A DNA stretch of 64,000 bases, from positions 529,192 through 593,191 of the forward strand of contig OZ244851.1 of NCBI GenBank assembly GCA_965220925.1, written 5' to 3'. This document shows, in pieces, positions 37,413 to 46,097 of this stretch. A program made the position numbers and the translations under genes. Each line of letters starts with the position of its first letter. Within the stretch, counting starts at the first letter, position 1. A model generated the notes under the pieces. The model did not search any database. It was not told where the DNA came from and saw only the letters and a list, made by a program, of their open reading frames with translations. Source of the DNA: Thermodesulfobacteriota bacterium. Its GTDB lineage: Bacteria; Desulfobacterota_D; UBA1144; Nemesobacterales; Nemesobacteraceae.

Positions 37413-38402
37413 TTAGTTGAGAATTTCTTTTCTGACGGGCATCTGCAGATCGTCAAGCATTCTGAGATCGTCTTGCGGCGAGCGACCGGGAGTGGTCAGA
37501 TAGTTTCCGAGAATCATCGCGTTTGCGCCCGCGACAAGCCCCATTGCCTGCAGATCCCGAAGCGTAACCTCTCTTCCTCCCGCGGTCATTATTATTTTGT
37601 CCGGAAGCACGAGTCTGAAAATCGATATGGTCTTTACCGCTTCAAGGGGTTGTATGGTTTCTAAATCCTGAAAAGGCGTTCCAGGTCTCGGATTAAGGAA
37701 ATTTATCGGAACCCAAGTGGGATTAAGGTCTTTTAATTCAAAGGCGAATTCCATTCTCTGCGCCATTGTCTCGCCCATGCCCATTATGCCGCCCGAACAC
37801 AAATTCATCCCGGTTTCCTTTACCAAAAGAGCCGTTTTAAGCCTGTCTTCGTAGCTGTGGGTAGTGCATATTTTGGGGAAATGGCTTCTGCAGGTCTCAA
37901 TGTTGTGATTGTACCTCCAAACTCCGTGGTCTCGGAGTTCGTAGGCTTGTTCTTCAGTAAGATCGCCGAGAGAGCAACCGACTTTAAGATTAGTTTCCGC
38001 GCAGAGAAGATCGACAGCCTCTATAACTTTTTTGAATATTCGGGGCGTGGGACCTTTCGCGCTTATGACTATGCAGAAATCCATGGCTCCCATTTTCTCA
38101 GCCTGCTTCGCGGCTCCGAGTATTTTTTCCGCCGCCATGAGAGGATGAGCCTCCACTTCGGTATCGAAATGGGCGGATTGCGAGCAGAAAGAACAATCCT
38201 CGGGACAGTTTCCCGTTTGAGCGCTTATAATCGAGCGTAGAAACACTCCGTCGCCTTTGTATTTTAAAGTCACTTTTCTCGCAAGAGCTATTAGATCTGA
38301 AAGCCGCTCGGACGGCATTTCGGCAAGCGCAAGCGCTTCGGGAAAAGTTATATCCTGCTCTTTTTCAAGAAGTTTTTCGGAAACAATGTCAAGAATATCT
38401 AT
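37413..38402 (-). CDS. bioB: Biotin synthase (proposed ATA start at 38402; first ATG at 38318)
   Basis: CPEDCSFCSQS, YNHNIET, CSGGIMGMGE, VPINFL and GNYLTT; the frame extends 28 codons upstream to an SD-positioned ATA. Confidence 0.93.
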   Translation of the reverse strand: MDILDIVSEKLLEKEQDITFPEALALAEMPSERLSDLIALARKVTLKYKGDGVFLRSIISAQTGNCPEDCSFCSQSAHFDTEVEAHPLMAAEKILGAAKQAEKMGAMDFCIVISAKGPTPRIFKKVIEAVDLLCAETNLKVGCSLGDLTEEQAYELRDHGVWRYNHNIETCRSHFPKICTTHSYEDRLKTALLVKETGMNLCSGGIMGMGETMAQRMEFAFELKDLNPTWVPINFLNPRPGTPFQDLETIQPLEAVKTISIFRLVLPDKIIMTAGGREVTLRDLQAMGLVAGANAMILGNYLTTPGRSPQDDLRMLDDLQMPVRKEILN

Positions 38403-38440
38403 TTTGGCACCTCTGTAAATTGCTTGGTTTCGGGGATTTT

Positions 38441-38468
38441 AGATTACAGAAGCGGGGAAAATTGTCAA
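38441..38468 (-). promoter_or_regulatory. sigma70 promoter of bioBAF
   Basis: Minus strand TTGACA-16-TAATCT. Confidence 0.65.
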
Positions 38469-38549
38469 ACAAATCCGGCTTTAAGGCGGAGACGCAGTGT
38501 TTGATTATGATAATGGTATCCTGCAAAGCGGAGGTTAAAGTTTAAATAC

Positions 38550-38598
38550 AAAACACTGGTTCGATTACTCTTTCGAAATAACCGAACCGGCGTCTTTT
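38550..38598 (-). terminator. Terminator hairpin of RTX lipoprotein 2
   Basis: Minus strand ACGCCGGTTCGGTT-13nt-AATCGAACCAGTGTTTT; homologous to 13997-14044. Confidence 0.7.
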
Positions 38599-38620
38599 AA
38601 CTGTCTTCTACTTCTTCTGC

Positions 38621-40459
38621 TTAATTAACCGTAATAGTGGCTTCGAAAGCACTTTCGGTCAAACCCGAAGCTCTGGATTCAACCCTGACGGTCTGATCTC
38701 CAACCCGAACTATTGAGGAGTTGCTCACATGCTCAACCGAAGCCGTCGTTCCCGAGGGAAATCCTTCGAACTTAAGCTTATACTCCGCCGCATATTCAGA
38801 CTTTATCGTGTCGTCGCCTTCTCCGGCCTTAACGATAAACGTAACGTCGCTACTACCCCCTGATGAAATAGATATATCATCGTCCCCGGGACCTCCGTTT
38901 ACCGTTGTGGCGGCACCGCTTGGTCCGGCGACACTCATAGTGTCGTTGTATTTGCTGCCGATAAAATTCTCAAAATTGCCGCTACTTGCTATGGTAATAG
39001 TCGGGTTCGTGGTTACGTCTTCACCACGCTCGTATCTCTCAAAGCTCGCGGTGTCAATGTCTGCACCTCCGTCCGGAGAGGCATCGTCAGTATCGAGGTA
39101 AACCATGTCGTTTCCGGCTCCGCCGTCTACATCGTCGTTTCCGGCTTCGCCATCTATCGTATCGTCCCCCGACCCGCCGTTTAGCTCATCATTTCCATCT
39201 CCACCGCTTAGCGTATCGTCTCCGGTCACCACAGTGGCGCCTGGCAAATTGTCGCCGTGCAACTCATCGTTTCCGGCTCCGCCACGAAGCGTATCGTTCC
39301 CGCTACCACCCCATAACCTGTCGTCTCCGGCTTCACCTTCAAGCGTGTCGTTTCCGTCACTTCCAGCTATCCAGTCGATTCCATCTCCGCCTCGAAGCGT
39401 ATCGTTCCCGCCGTAGCCGCTAATCAAGTCATCCCCTCCACCACCTTCAAATACGTTGTCGGCATCGGTGCCTTGTAGATTATCGTTTCCTCTACCAGCA
39501 ATAATGTTTTCAACGCTTTTATAGGTGCCAGGATCATTCCTCATAGGTATTCCTGTGTTGGATGTTAAAGCTGAGAAATCAAGCGTATCCACACCTTCTC
39601 CACCGTCGTAAGTGTTGTTGCTACTAAAGACGGGAAGTCTGAAAGTATCGTCGCCGGGACCGCCTTCAAGTGTGTCGTTACCACCGGAGTCTGTCTCAAG
39701 AATATCATCTCCCGCTCCTCCCCTTAACGTGTCCGTACCAGCTCCGCCTATGAGAGTGTCATTACCCGCTCCGCCTTCTATCGTGTCCGTTCCGCCAAGT
39801 CCTTCCAGTGTGTTGTCAGCGTCATCGCCCGTAATGGTGTCGGCTTCGTTTGAACCCTTTACGTTCTCTATGCTTATAAAAGTGTCTCTTCCGAAACTGC
39901 CGTCACTTTGCTCCCCGCTACCCGTTAAATCTATCCGCAGCCCCGCTCCCGAAACCGTGGTTAAAGGAAATATCACCGTGTCGTTTCCCTCTCCTCCGTC
40001 TAGCGTGTCGTCTCCCGGCCCCCCGGTAAGCGTATCGTCCCCGGCTCCACCTCTTAACGTGTCGTCTCCAGCTTCTCCGGTAAGCGCGTCGTCTCCCTCA
40101 TCTCCCTTTAACGTATCGTCTCCTTCTCCTCCGTTTATAGTGTCGTTACCCGCTGCTCCTGAAACAAAGTCATCGCCTAAATTCGTGTTAATCACATTGT
40201 CTCTATCGTCCCCGCATATAACATCGTCTTTGTCTCCGCCGTTAAAGTCTTTGCTTGCTCTGTCCGCAAGCTCAACTTCGCAATCGGGATCAACCGGTTC
40301 CGGGTCAACCGGTACTGGGTCGGGGCCCGGTCCCTGCGGTCCTTGTGGCCCTTGCGGTCCCTTCGGTCCCGCGGGTCCCACGTCTCCCGTGCTGCAACCG
40401 GAAAGACCCGCTACTGCGACGCTTATAACAAAAACTAATAAAAGCTTAACGATTTTCAT
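38621..40459 (-). CDS. Lipoprotein with collagen-like tract and RTX repeats, copy 2
   Basis: Same LSG|C lipobox and GPAGPKGPQGPQGPQGP, a (PVDP)n linker, RTX nonapeptides and the shared C-terminus VRVGDQTVRV...ATITVN. Confidence 0.85.
   Translation of the reverse strand: MKIVKLLLVFVISVAVAGLSGCSTGDVGPAGPKGPQGPQGPQGPGPDPVPVDPEPVDPDCEVELADRASKDFNGGDKDDVICGDDRDNVINTNLGDDFVSGAAGNDTINGGEGDDTLKGDEGDDALTGEAGDDTLRGGAGDDTLTGGPGDDTLDGGEGNDTVIFPLTTVSGAGLRIDLTGSGEQSDGSFGRDTFISIENVKGSNEADTITGDDADNTLEGLGGTDTIEGGAGNDTLIGGAGTDTLRGGAGDDILETDSGGNDTLEGGPGDDTFRLPVFSSNNTYDGGEGVDTLDFSALTSNTGIPMRNDPGTYKSVENIIAGRGNDNLQGTDADNVFEGGGGDDLISGYGGNDTLRGGDGIDWIAGSDGNDTLEGEAGDDRLWGGSGNDTLRGGAGNDELHGDNLPGATVVTGDDTLSGGDGNDELNGGSGDDTIDGEAGNDDVDGGAGNDMVYLDTDDASPDGGADIDTASFERYERGEDVTTNPTITIASSGNFENFIGSKYNDTMSVAGPSGAATTVNGGPGDDDISISSGGSSDVTFIVKAGEGDDTIKSEYAAEYKLKFEGFPSGTTASVEHVSNSSIVRVGDQTVRVESRASGLTESAFEATITVN
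40327..40408 (-). repeat. 82-bp perfect inverted repeat, copy 2 (partner 12085-12166)
   Basis: Exact reverse complement of 12085-12166. Confidence 0.95.
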
Positions 40460-40518
40460 TTAACTCATCCTCCCGAACAACTCTTTTAGGTTAAATCCAG
40501 AGACCCCAATTTATAGAA

Positions 40519-40548
40519 ATTGTAACATTTTTAAGTGGGGAAAAGCAA
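40519..40548 (-). promoter_or_regulatory. sigma70 promoter of RTX lipoprotein 2
   Basis: Minus strand TTGCTT-18-TACAAT with TGn extension; spacer resembles the copy 1 promoter. Confidence 0.5.
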
Positions 40549-40574
40549 CCGCCTCGCTTTTTAACAAGCGATTA

Positions 40575-41036
40575 CTAATTTGAGAAAACATCCGCCAAAG
40601 CGTCTCCTAGCACATCGAGAGATTCTACTATTTCACCGCCGCTTTTGCGTATGAAATACTCGACTTGAAGATTGACGGAACTTCCCATATTGTCTCCACT
40701 CAGACGAAAATCGCTTCTGTAGCCGAGAATCTTCCGCCCCAGAGCAAATGCGTAGCCTATTTCGGAAGCCGTGCCGCTATCCACATCCGTACCGTCCAAA
40801 ACGGCAAGCATACCATCTGCAGACTCAATCGCCTTTCTGTTTTTCTCCCCAACAAGCATATTGAACAGTCTCCATTCTTCTTTTTTGGCCTCGGCTTTCG
40901 GAATCGTTAAACCGATATTCCATGGATCAAAAATGTCGAACCCGGATCTTCTTACCAGAGGAACAAGCCTCCCGTAGTAAAAATCCCGCCAAGCTTCGGA
41001 AAACCCGAATGGACTTGCAATATATATTGTTTTCAT
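40575..41036 (-). CDS. Nucleoside 2-deoxyribosyltransferase family protein
   Basis: IYIASPFGF, DG..VDSGTASEIGYAFALG and YRSDFR. Confidence 0.88.
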   Translation of the reverse strand: MKTIYIASPFGFSEAWRDFYYGRLVPLVRRSGFDIFDPWNIGLTIPKAEAKKEEWRLFNMLVGEKNRKAIESADGMLAVLDGTDVDSGTASEIGYAFALGRKILGYRSDFRLSGDNMGSSVNLQVEYFIRKSGGEIVESLDVLGDALADVFSN

Positions 41037-41288
41037 TTTAAGGATTGAAAATGCCGAACCGGATCTTCTCGGCGACGGCGAATCCGTCGAGATTGAAAAT
41101 CAAAGACGCGGATAATGATATGTTTTCCAACCTGTTTTTCAAGGGAAATATTCACGAATAAACAAGCCGAAATAACCGGCCGAGAAGCCGCTTTTAAGCG
41201 GTAGTGCGCCGGTTATAGTGATTCGGCGAGGATACATGGTCGTGCCGAGGGGAAATGTTTGACAAGAAACCGGCGTTTTCGGAAAACC

Positions 41289-42092
41289 ATGGACGAATCA
41301 ATTAAAAAACAGGCGGCGGGAGCGGAAAACAGAGACGCGGCGCAAAACCATGGCGAAGCCGTCGCCATGTGCTTTAGCGGGGGCAAGGACAGCGCTTTGG
41401 CACTTTCGGAAATTCGTCGTGAGCGAAAATATATGGTGAACACCCTGATTACGACCGTGAATGAACATTTCGACCGCGTAAGCATGCACGGCGTTCGCCG
41501 CGAAATTCTGCGCCGGCAAGCGGATTCAATAGGCATTGCGATTATCGAGATCCCCGTTCCGAAAATCTGCACGAACGAGGTTTATGAACGCGAAATGGGA
41601 AGAGGATTTTCCCAACTGAGAGAAAAAGGAATACAACGCGTGGTTTTCGGGGATATTTTTCTTGAAGATTTGAGAATCTATCGTGAAAAACAGCTTGCGG
41701 CATGGAACCTGGAGGGTTTGTTTCCCCTTTGGAAGCGCGACACGGCGAAACTCGCGCAAAGCTTCGTAAATGAAGGATTCAAAGCGATAGTGGTCTGCGT
41801 TAATACCGAAGCGCTCAACGCGTCTTTTGTCGGTCGCGCGTTTGACGAGGGTTTCCTGTCCGACCTTCCGCCAGAGGTCGACCCGTGCGGAGAAAACGGA
41901 GAATTTCACACTTTCGTGTTTGACGGACCGATTTTCAAACGGCCGATACAAATATCTCGAGGACGAACAGTAAGGCGCGATGGTTTTGCGTTCTGCGACC
42001 TCATCACGCGTCATAACAGCGCGGATGAACATCTGAAAACGCTAACAGCAATAAACCATCAATCTAATCCGCGAAGGATGGATAGGAAGTAA
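41289..42092 (+). CDS. Diphthamide-synthase (Dph6/MJ0570)-like PP-loop ATP pyrophosphatase
   Basis: FSGGKDS PP-loop, RVSMHGVR, FGDIFLEDL, FPLW and DPCGENGEFHTFV. Confidence 0.85.
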   Translation: MDESIKKQAAGAENRDAAQNHGEAVAMCFSGGKDSALALSEIRRERKYMVNTLITTVNEHFDRVSMHGVRREILRRQADSIGIAIIEIPVPKICTNEVYEREMGRGFSQLREKGIQRVVFGDIFLEDLRIYREKQLAAWNLEGLFPLWKRDTAKLAQSFVNEGFKAIVVCVNTEALNASFVGRAFDEGFLSDLPPEVDPCGENGEFHTFVFDGPIFKRPIQISRGRTVRRDGFAFCDLITRHNSADEHLKTLTAINHQSNPRRMDRK

Positions 42093-42192
42093 AAAACGGC
42101 GATCCTTGCCGTGGCGGCATTTATAAGGTTACAATTAGCCTTCGGAACTGTGAATTTGATTGAAGCTGCTGTATGATTCAGGAGGACGACTG

Positions 42193-42789
42193 ATGAAACA
42201 ACCTCGCCTATTATTGATTATCGGGCTACTCGCCTTCAGCGTGGCCGCGCGACTTGCGCCTTACGTGTTGTCTCTATTCGGCGTTTCAATTGATCCTTCC
42301 AACACGATATATCCGTGGAATTTGTCTCCGGTGTTGCCGATCTGCATTTTTGGCGGAGCTTTCTTCGCGCGCAAGAGACTTGTCTACGGACTTCCGTTGG
42401 CAACGTTTTTGCTCGGCGATCTCGGGATCTGGGCGCTTACCGGCGATATATCCTCGGCGTTCTACGCCAATCAACCGGTTGTCTATCTGTCGATCGGCTT
42501 AATAGCGACAACGGGATTCGCTCTCAAAAGCAACTGCTCGTGGAGCAGAGTCGCTTCCGCGGGTCTTGTTTCCTCGATCGGATTTTACATCATAACCAAT
42601 TTCGGCGTCTGGGCGTTTGGAGACGGTTCGATCTATCCGCATACTTCCTCCGGCCTCGCCGAATGCTACGTTCAAGCGATTCCGTATTTCCGAAACACGG
42701 TTATTAGCATGGCGCTGTTTCTGCCGGTGCTGTTCAGCCGCCTTGCTTTGAGAGATACGATTCGCGCGCAGACGCTTCCTGCCAGATGA
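42193..42789 (+). CDS. DUF6580-like putative (vitamin/cobalamin) transport membrane protein
   Basis: WNLSPV, SSIGFYIITNFGVW and YP.T..GL.ECY..AIPYF; SD GGAGG before ATG 42193. Confidence 0.7.
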   Translation: MKQPRLLLIIGLLAFSVAARLAPYVLSLFGVSIDPSNTIYPWNLSPVLPICIFGGAFFARKRLVYGLPLATFLLGDLGIWALTGDISSAFYANQPVVYLSIGLIATTGFALKSNCSWSRVASAGLVSSIGFYIITNFGVWAFGDGSIYPHTSSGLAECYVQAIPYFRNTVISMALFLPVLFSRLALRDTIRAQTLPAR

Positions 42790-44249
42790 GAAAATGCGAA
42801 CTTTTTATCGACGGTGAAGAAAGAGCTCCCGAAAGCGGTTTATACTCAACAAGGGAGAATCCGGCAACGGAAGAGGCCTCCTTTCAAGTGGCCGAGAGCG
42901 GGCCGAAAGACATTGACGAAGCGGTCCGGGCAGCGAAGATCGCTTTCCCCAAATGGTCCGCTATGCCCGCGTCCGAGCGAGCCAAATATCTTCTTCGCAT
43001 CGCCGAAATCCTTACCGCCAAGGGCGACGAAATAGCACTTGTAAATACTCGCGAGACGGGAAAACCCGTTCGCGAGAGTTCCGCGGTCGAGATAGGCGGT
43101 TCCGTAAAAACGCTTGAATACTACTCGGGGGCGCACACTCGGCTCAACGGAGAAACTCTGCAGGTAAACGAAAACCAGATATCTTTAACCATAAGAGAAC
43201 CCGTGGGAGTAGCGGCGCACATAATCCCCTGGAATTTCCCTCTCCTTCTTTCTTTCTGGAAAATAGCGCCCGCGCTTGTCGCCGGATGCACCATAGTGAT
43301 AAAACCCTCGGAACTTACGTCGTGCGGGATTTTCGAAGTGGCGAAACTCTGCTCGGAAGCGGGACTTCCAGACGGAGTTCTAAACGTAGTGCCCGGAAAA
43401 GGATCCATTGCCGGACAGGCTCTTACCGAACATCCAGGAGTGAGTAAAATAGCGTTTACGGGTTCGACGGAAGTTGGAAAAAGCGTTATGAAAACGGCGG
43501 CGGGACAGATAAAAAGAGTGTCTTTGGAACTTGGAGGCAAAGCTCCCTGCGTAGTTTTCCCCGACGCCAACATTGACCGGGCGGTAGAGGCGTGTCTTCG
43601 CGGAGGATTTTTCAATCAAGGAGAAAACTGCACCGCGGTAACCAGGCTTCTTCTGCATGAAAAAATATACGATAAGTTTCTGTCTTCCTATCTAGACAAA
43701 ATCTCGAAGATAAAAATCGGAGACCCCGAAGATCCCGAAACCGAATTCGGAACCATGATATCCGGGGAGCATTACGAAAAAGTGATGAGCTACATTGAAA
43801 AAGGCGAATCAGAAGGAGCGCGGATTATAGCGGGAGGCGACAGGCCCGAAGGATTTGACAAAGGATACTATATAGCGCCGACTGTGATTGAGAACGTTTC
43901 GCCCGGCTCGACTGTCGCGCGAGAAGAAATTTTCGGGCCGGTAGTATGCGTAATGCCTTTTAAGACCGAGGAGCAGGCGGTCGAAATGTCAAACGACATC
44001 GAGTACGGGCTGGCCGGGGGAATCTGGACTGCCGACATAAACAGGGCGCTTCGAGTGGCCAAAGCGTTAAAAGCCGGCTACCTGTGGATTAACACCTACG
44101 GGGGGATAATTCCGGAAACTCCTTACGGAGGCTTCAAACAAAGCGGGATAGGAAAGGAACTCGGCGCGGACGGAATAGACAATTATCTTGAGACCAAGTG
44201 CGTAAATATTTTTACCGGAGAAGGCGTCGGGAAGTGGTATAAGGGATAG
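42786..44249 (+). CDS. NAD(P)-dependent aldehyde dehydrogenase
   Basis: IIPWNFP, KPSE, FTGS, LELGGK, NQGENC and EEIFGPV. Confidence 0.93.
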   Translation: MRKCELFIDGEERAPESGLYSTRENPATEEASFQVAESGPKDIDEAVRAAKIAFPKWSAMPASERAKYLLRIAEILTAKGDEIALVNTRETGKPVRESSAVEIGGSVKTLEYYSGAHTRLNGETLQVNENQISLTIREPVGVAAHIIPWNFPLLLSFWKIAPALVAGCTIVIKPSELTSCGIFEVAKLCSEAGLPDGVLNVVPGKGSIAGQALTEHPGVSKIAFTGSTEVGKSVMKTAAGQIKRVSLELGGKAPCVVFPDANIDRAVEACLRGGFFNQGENCTAVTRLLLHEKIYDKFLSSYLDKISKIKIGDPEDPETEFGTMISGEHYEKVMSYIEKGESEGARIIAGGDRPEGFDKGYYIAPTVIENVSPGSTVAREEIFGPVVCVMPFKTEEQAVEMSNDIEYGLAGGIWTADINRALRVAKALKAGYLWINTYGGIIPETPYGGFKQSGIGKELGADGIDNYLETKCVNIFTGEGVGKWYKG

Positions 44250-44254
44250 CCGCG

Positions 44255-45046
44255 GTGAATTTCGAAGACATAATCTACGAAAAAAAAGGCGGGCGGGCCG
44301 TAGTTACGATAAATCGTCCCAAGGTGCTTAATGCGTTTCGAAACGTAACGCTGCATGAAATGATCGAAGCGTTTACGGACGCTTGGGCAGATGAAAAGAT
44401 AGGAGTGGTAGTGCTTTGCGGAGCCGGAGGCAGAGCGTTTTGCAGCGGCGGAGATCTCAAGGAGAAAAAAAGAGCCGCGGCGAAGAAAACCGGGCTTCTG
44501 GGAGTTGGAGATTACGTTTCGCAACTACATTATATTATAAGAAACATTCCAAAACCCGTACTGGCGGCGGTTAGGGGTTACGCGATAGGTGGAGGAAACA
44601 TACTTCAGTTCATCTGCGATCTTACCATAGCGACGGAAGATTCCATCTTCGGTCAAGTGGGACCCAAAGTGGGAAGTGTGGACCCGGGATTCGGAACCGC
44701 TTATCTCGCATCGCTTGTGGGAGAAAAAAAAGCGAGAGAAATGTGGTTTCTCTGCAGACAATACTCGGCGACCGAAGCGGCTCAGATGGGACTGATAAAC
44801 AAGGTGGTAGCGCCGGAGAAGCTTGACTCCGAAGTGAATATCTGGTGCGAGGAACTACTTTCAATGAGTCCCACCGCGCTTAAACTCGCCAAGTATTCGT
44901 TTAATTCCACAACCGACGGACTTTTTGGAATCTCAAGCATGGGTAGAGCTTCTCTCAATCTTCTAAGCGCCACGGAAGAAGCGCGCGAAGGAAACGAAGC
45001 TTTTCTCGAGAAAAGACCGCCGGATTTTTCGTCCTACAGAAAGTAG
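44255..45046 (+). CDS. Crotonase superfamily, 2-ketocyclohexanecarboxyl-CoA hydrolase (BadI)-like
   Basis: AFCSGGD, YAIGGG and GPKVGSVDPGFGTAYLA..VGEKKARE (BadI-type VDPG rather than MenB FDxG). Confidence 0.7.
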   Translation: MNFEDIIYEKKGGRAVVTINRPKVLNAFRNVTLHEMIEAFTDAWADEKIGVVVLCGAGGRAFCSGGDLKEKKRAAAKKTGLLGVGDYVSQLHYIIRNIPKPVLAAVRGYAIGGGNILQFICDLTIATEDSIFGQVGPKVGSVDPGFGTAYLASLVGEKKAREMWFLCRQYSATEAAQMGLINKVVAPEKLDSEVNIWCEELLSMSPTALKLAKYSFNSTTDGLFGISSMGRASLNLLSATEEAREGNEAFLEKRPPDFSSYRK

Positions 45047-45078
45047 CGCGGTTTTTAAAATCAGTCGCTTCGTCCCGC

Positions 45079-45106
45079 TTGAATTATCCGAACCTTTCCC
45101 TATAAT
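45079..45106 (+). promoter_or_regulatory. sigma70 promoter of prs-rplY-pth
   Basis: TTGAAT-16-TATAAT. Confidence 0.65.
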
Positions 45107-45141
45107 AAAGGGTTTTATATTTTCCGCTTTCGGTACGTAAG

Positions 45142-46083
45142 ATGCAGCATATGAAGATATTCAGCGGCACGTCGAATCACCCTCTGTTTGAGGATGTCTG
45201 CGACTACCTCAAGGTCTCTCCCGGGGAAATGGAGATAAGCCGTTTCAGCGACGGAGAAATCTCCGTCGACATAAAGGAAAGCGTGAGAGGTTCCAACGTG
45301 TTCCTGATACAGTCCACATGCCCCCCGGTAAACGAAAATATCATGGAGCTTCTCGTGATTACCGACGCGCTGAAGCGAGCCTCCGCAAGGGTAATAACCG
45401 CGGTAATACCCTATTACGGATACGCGAGGCAGGATCGAAAGGTTCAGCCGCGCGCTCCGATAAGCGCGAAACTCATGGCCGATCTAATAGTAGTCGCGGG
45501 CGCAAGCAAAATAGTGACTATGGACCTGCACGCGGGTCAGATACAAGGATTTTTCGACGTTCCGGTAACTCATCTTTACGCGGCGCCGATAATAAGCAAC
45601 TACCTGCGGGATAAACACCCCGACGAAGAAACCGTTATAGTTTCCCCAGATGCCGGAGGAGTTGAAAGAGCGACCGAATTTGCCAATAGAACTCACTCTG
45701 AGCTTGCGATATGCTACAAAAGAAGACCGGCGCCCAACATCGCGCAGATAAGCAACATAATCGGAGACGTTAAGAACAAACACGCGGTAATAGTCGACGA
45801 TCTAGTCGATACGGCCGGAACGGCGACCGAGGCGGCGAAAATACTTTTTGAAAGAGGGGCTAAAAGCGTATCTCTGTGCTGCACGCACGGAGTGCTCTCC
45901 GGCCCTGCGATTGACAGAATAAACAACTCGGACGTTGACGAAGTAATAATTACAAATACTATTCCCCAGAATGAAAACTTGGAGCGAACGGAAAAAATCA
46001 CCGTCCTGAATATCGCCAACCTTATAGGCGAAGCAATAAAGAGAACGGCGCTCGGAGAATCTATAAGCACGCTTTTCACATAA
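45142..46083 (+). CDS. prs: Ribose-phosphate pyrophosphokinase
   Basis: FSDGE, PYYGYARQDRK, DLHAGQIQGFF, VSPDAGG and VDDLVDTAGT. Confidence 0.97.
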   Translation: MQHMKIFSGTSNHPLFEDVCDYLKVSPGEMEISRFSDGEISVDIKESVRGSNVFLIQSTCPPVNENIMELLVITDALKRASARVITAVIPYYGYARQDRKVQPRAPISAKLMADLIVVAGASKIVTMDLHAGQIQGFFDVPVTHLYAAPIISNYLRDKHPDEETVIVSPDAGGVERATEFANRTHSELAICYKRRPAPNIAQISNIIGDVKNKHAVIVDDLVDTAGTATEAAKILFERGAKSVSLCCTHGVLSGPAIDRINNSDVDEVIITNTIPQNENLERTEKITVLNIANLIGEAIKRTALGESISTLFT

Positions 46084-46097
46084 AAGGGAGAGGAAAG

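Noticed and set aside
38412-38510. BirA operator upstream of bioB
   Set aside because: The inverted repeats present (TCTGTAA/TTACAGA, TCAAAC/GTTTGA) do not match the TGTAAACC-N14-16-GGTTTACA sequence or spacing.
39612-40463. Ser/Pro-rich 283-aa ORF and similar ones opposite both RTX genes
   Set aside because: Mirror translation of Gly/Asp-rich RTX codons.
41037-41288. Cobalamin riboswitch before the Dph6-like/DUF6580 genes
   Set aside because: No B12-box or GCCACTG/GCAACTGT core motifs visible.
44255-45046. Calling the crotonase menB
   Set aside because: Has the GSVDPG signature of BadI-like hydrolases and no men genes nearby.
45047-45141. tRNA-Gln often found before prs
   Set aside because: No cloverleaf or T-loop GTTCGA; the gap is occupied by a promoter.
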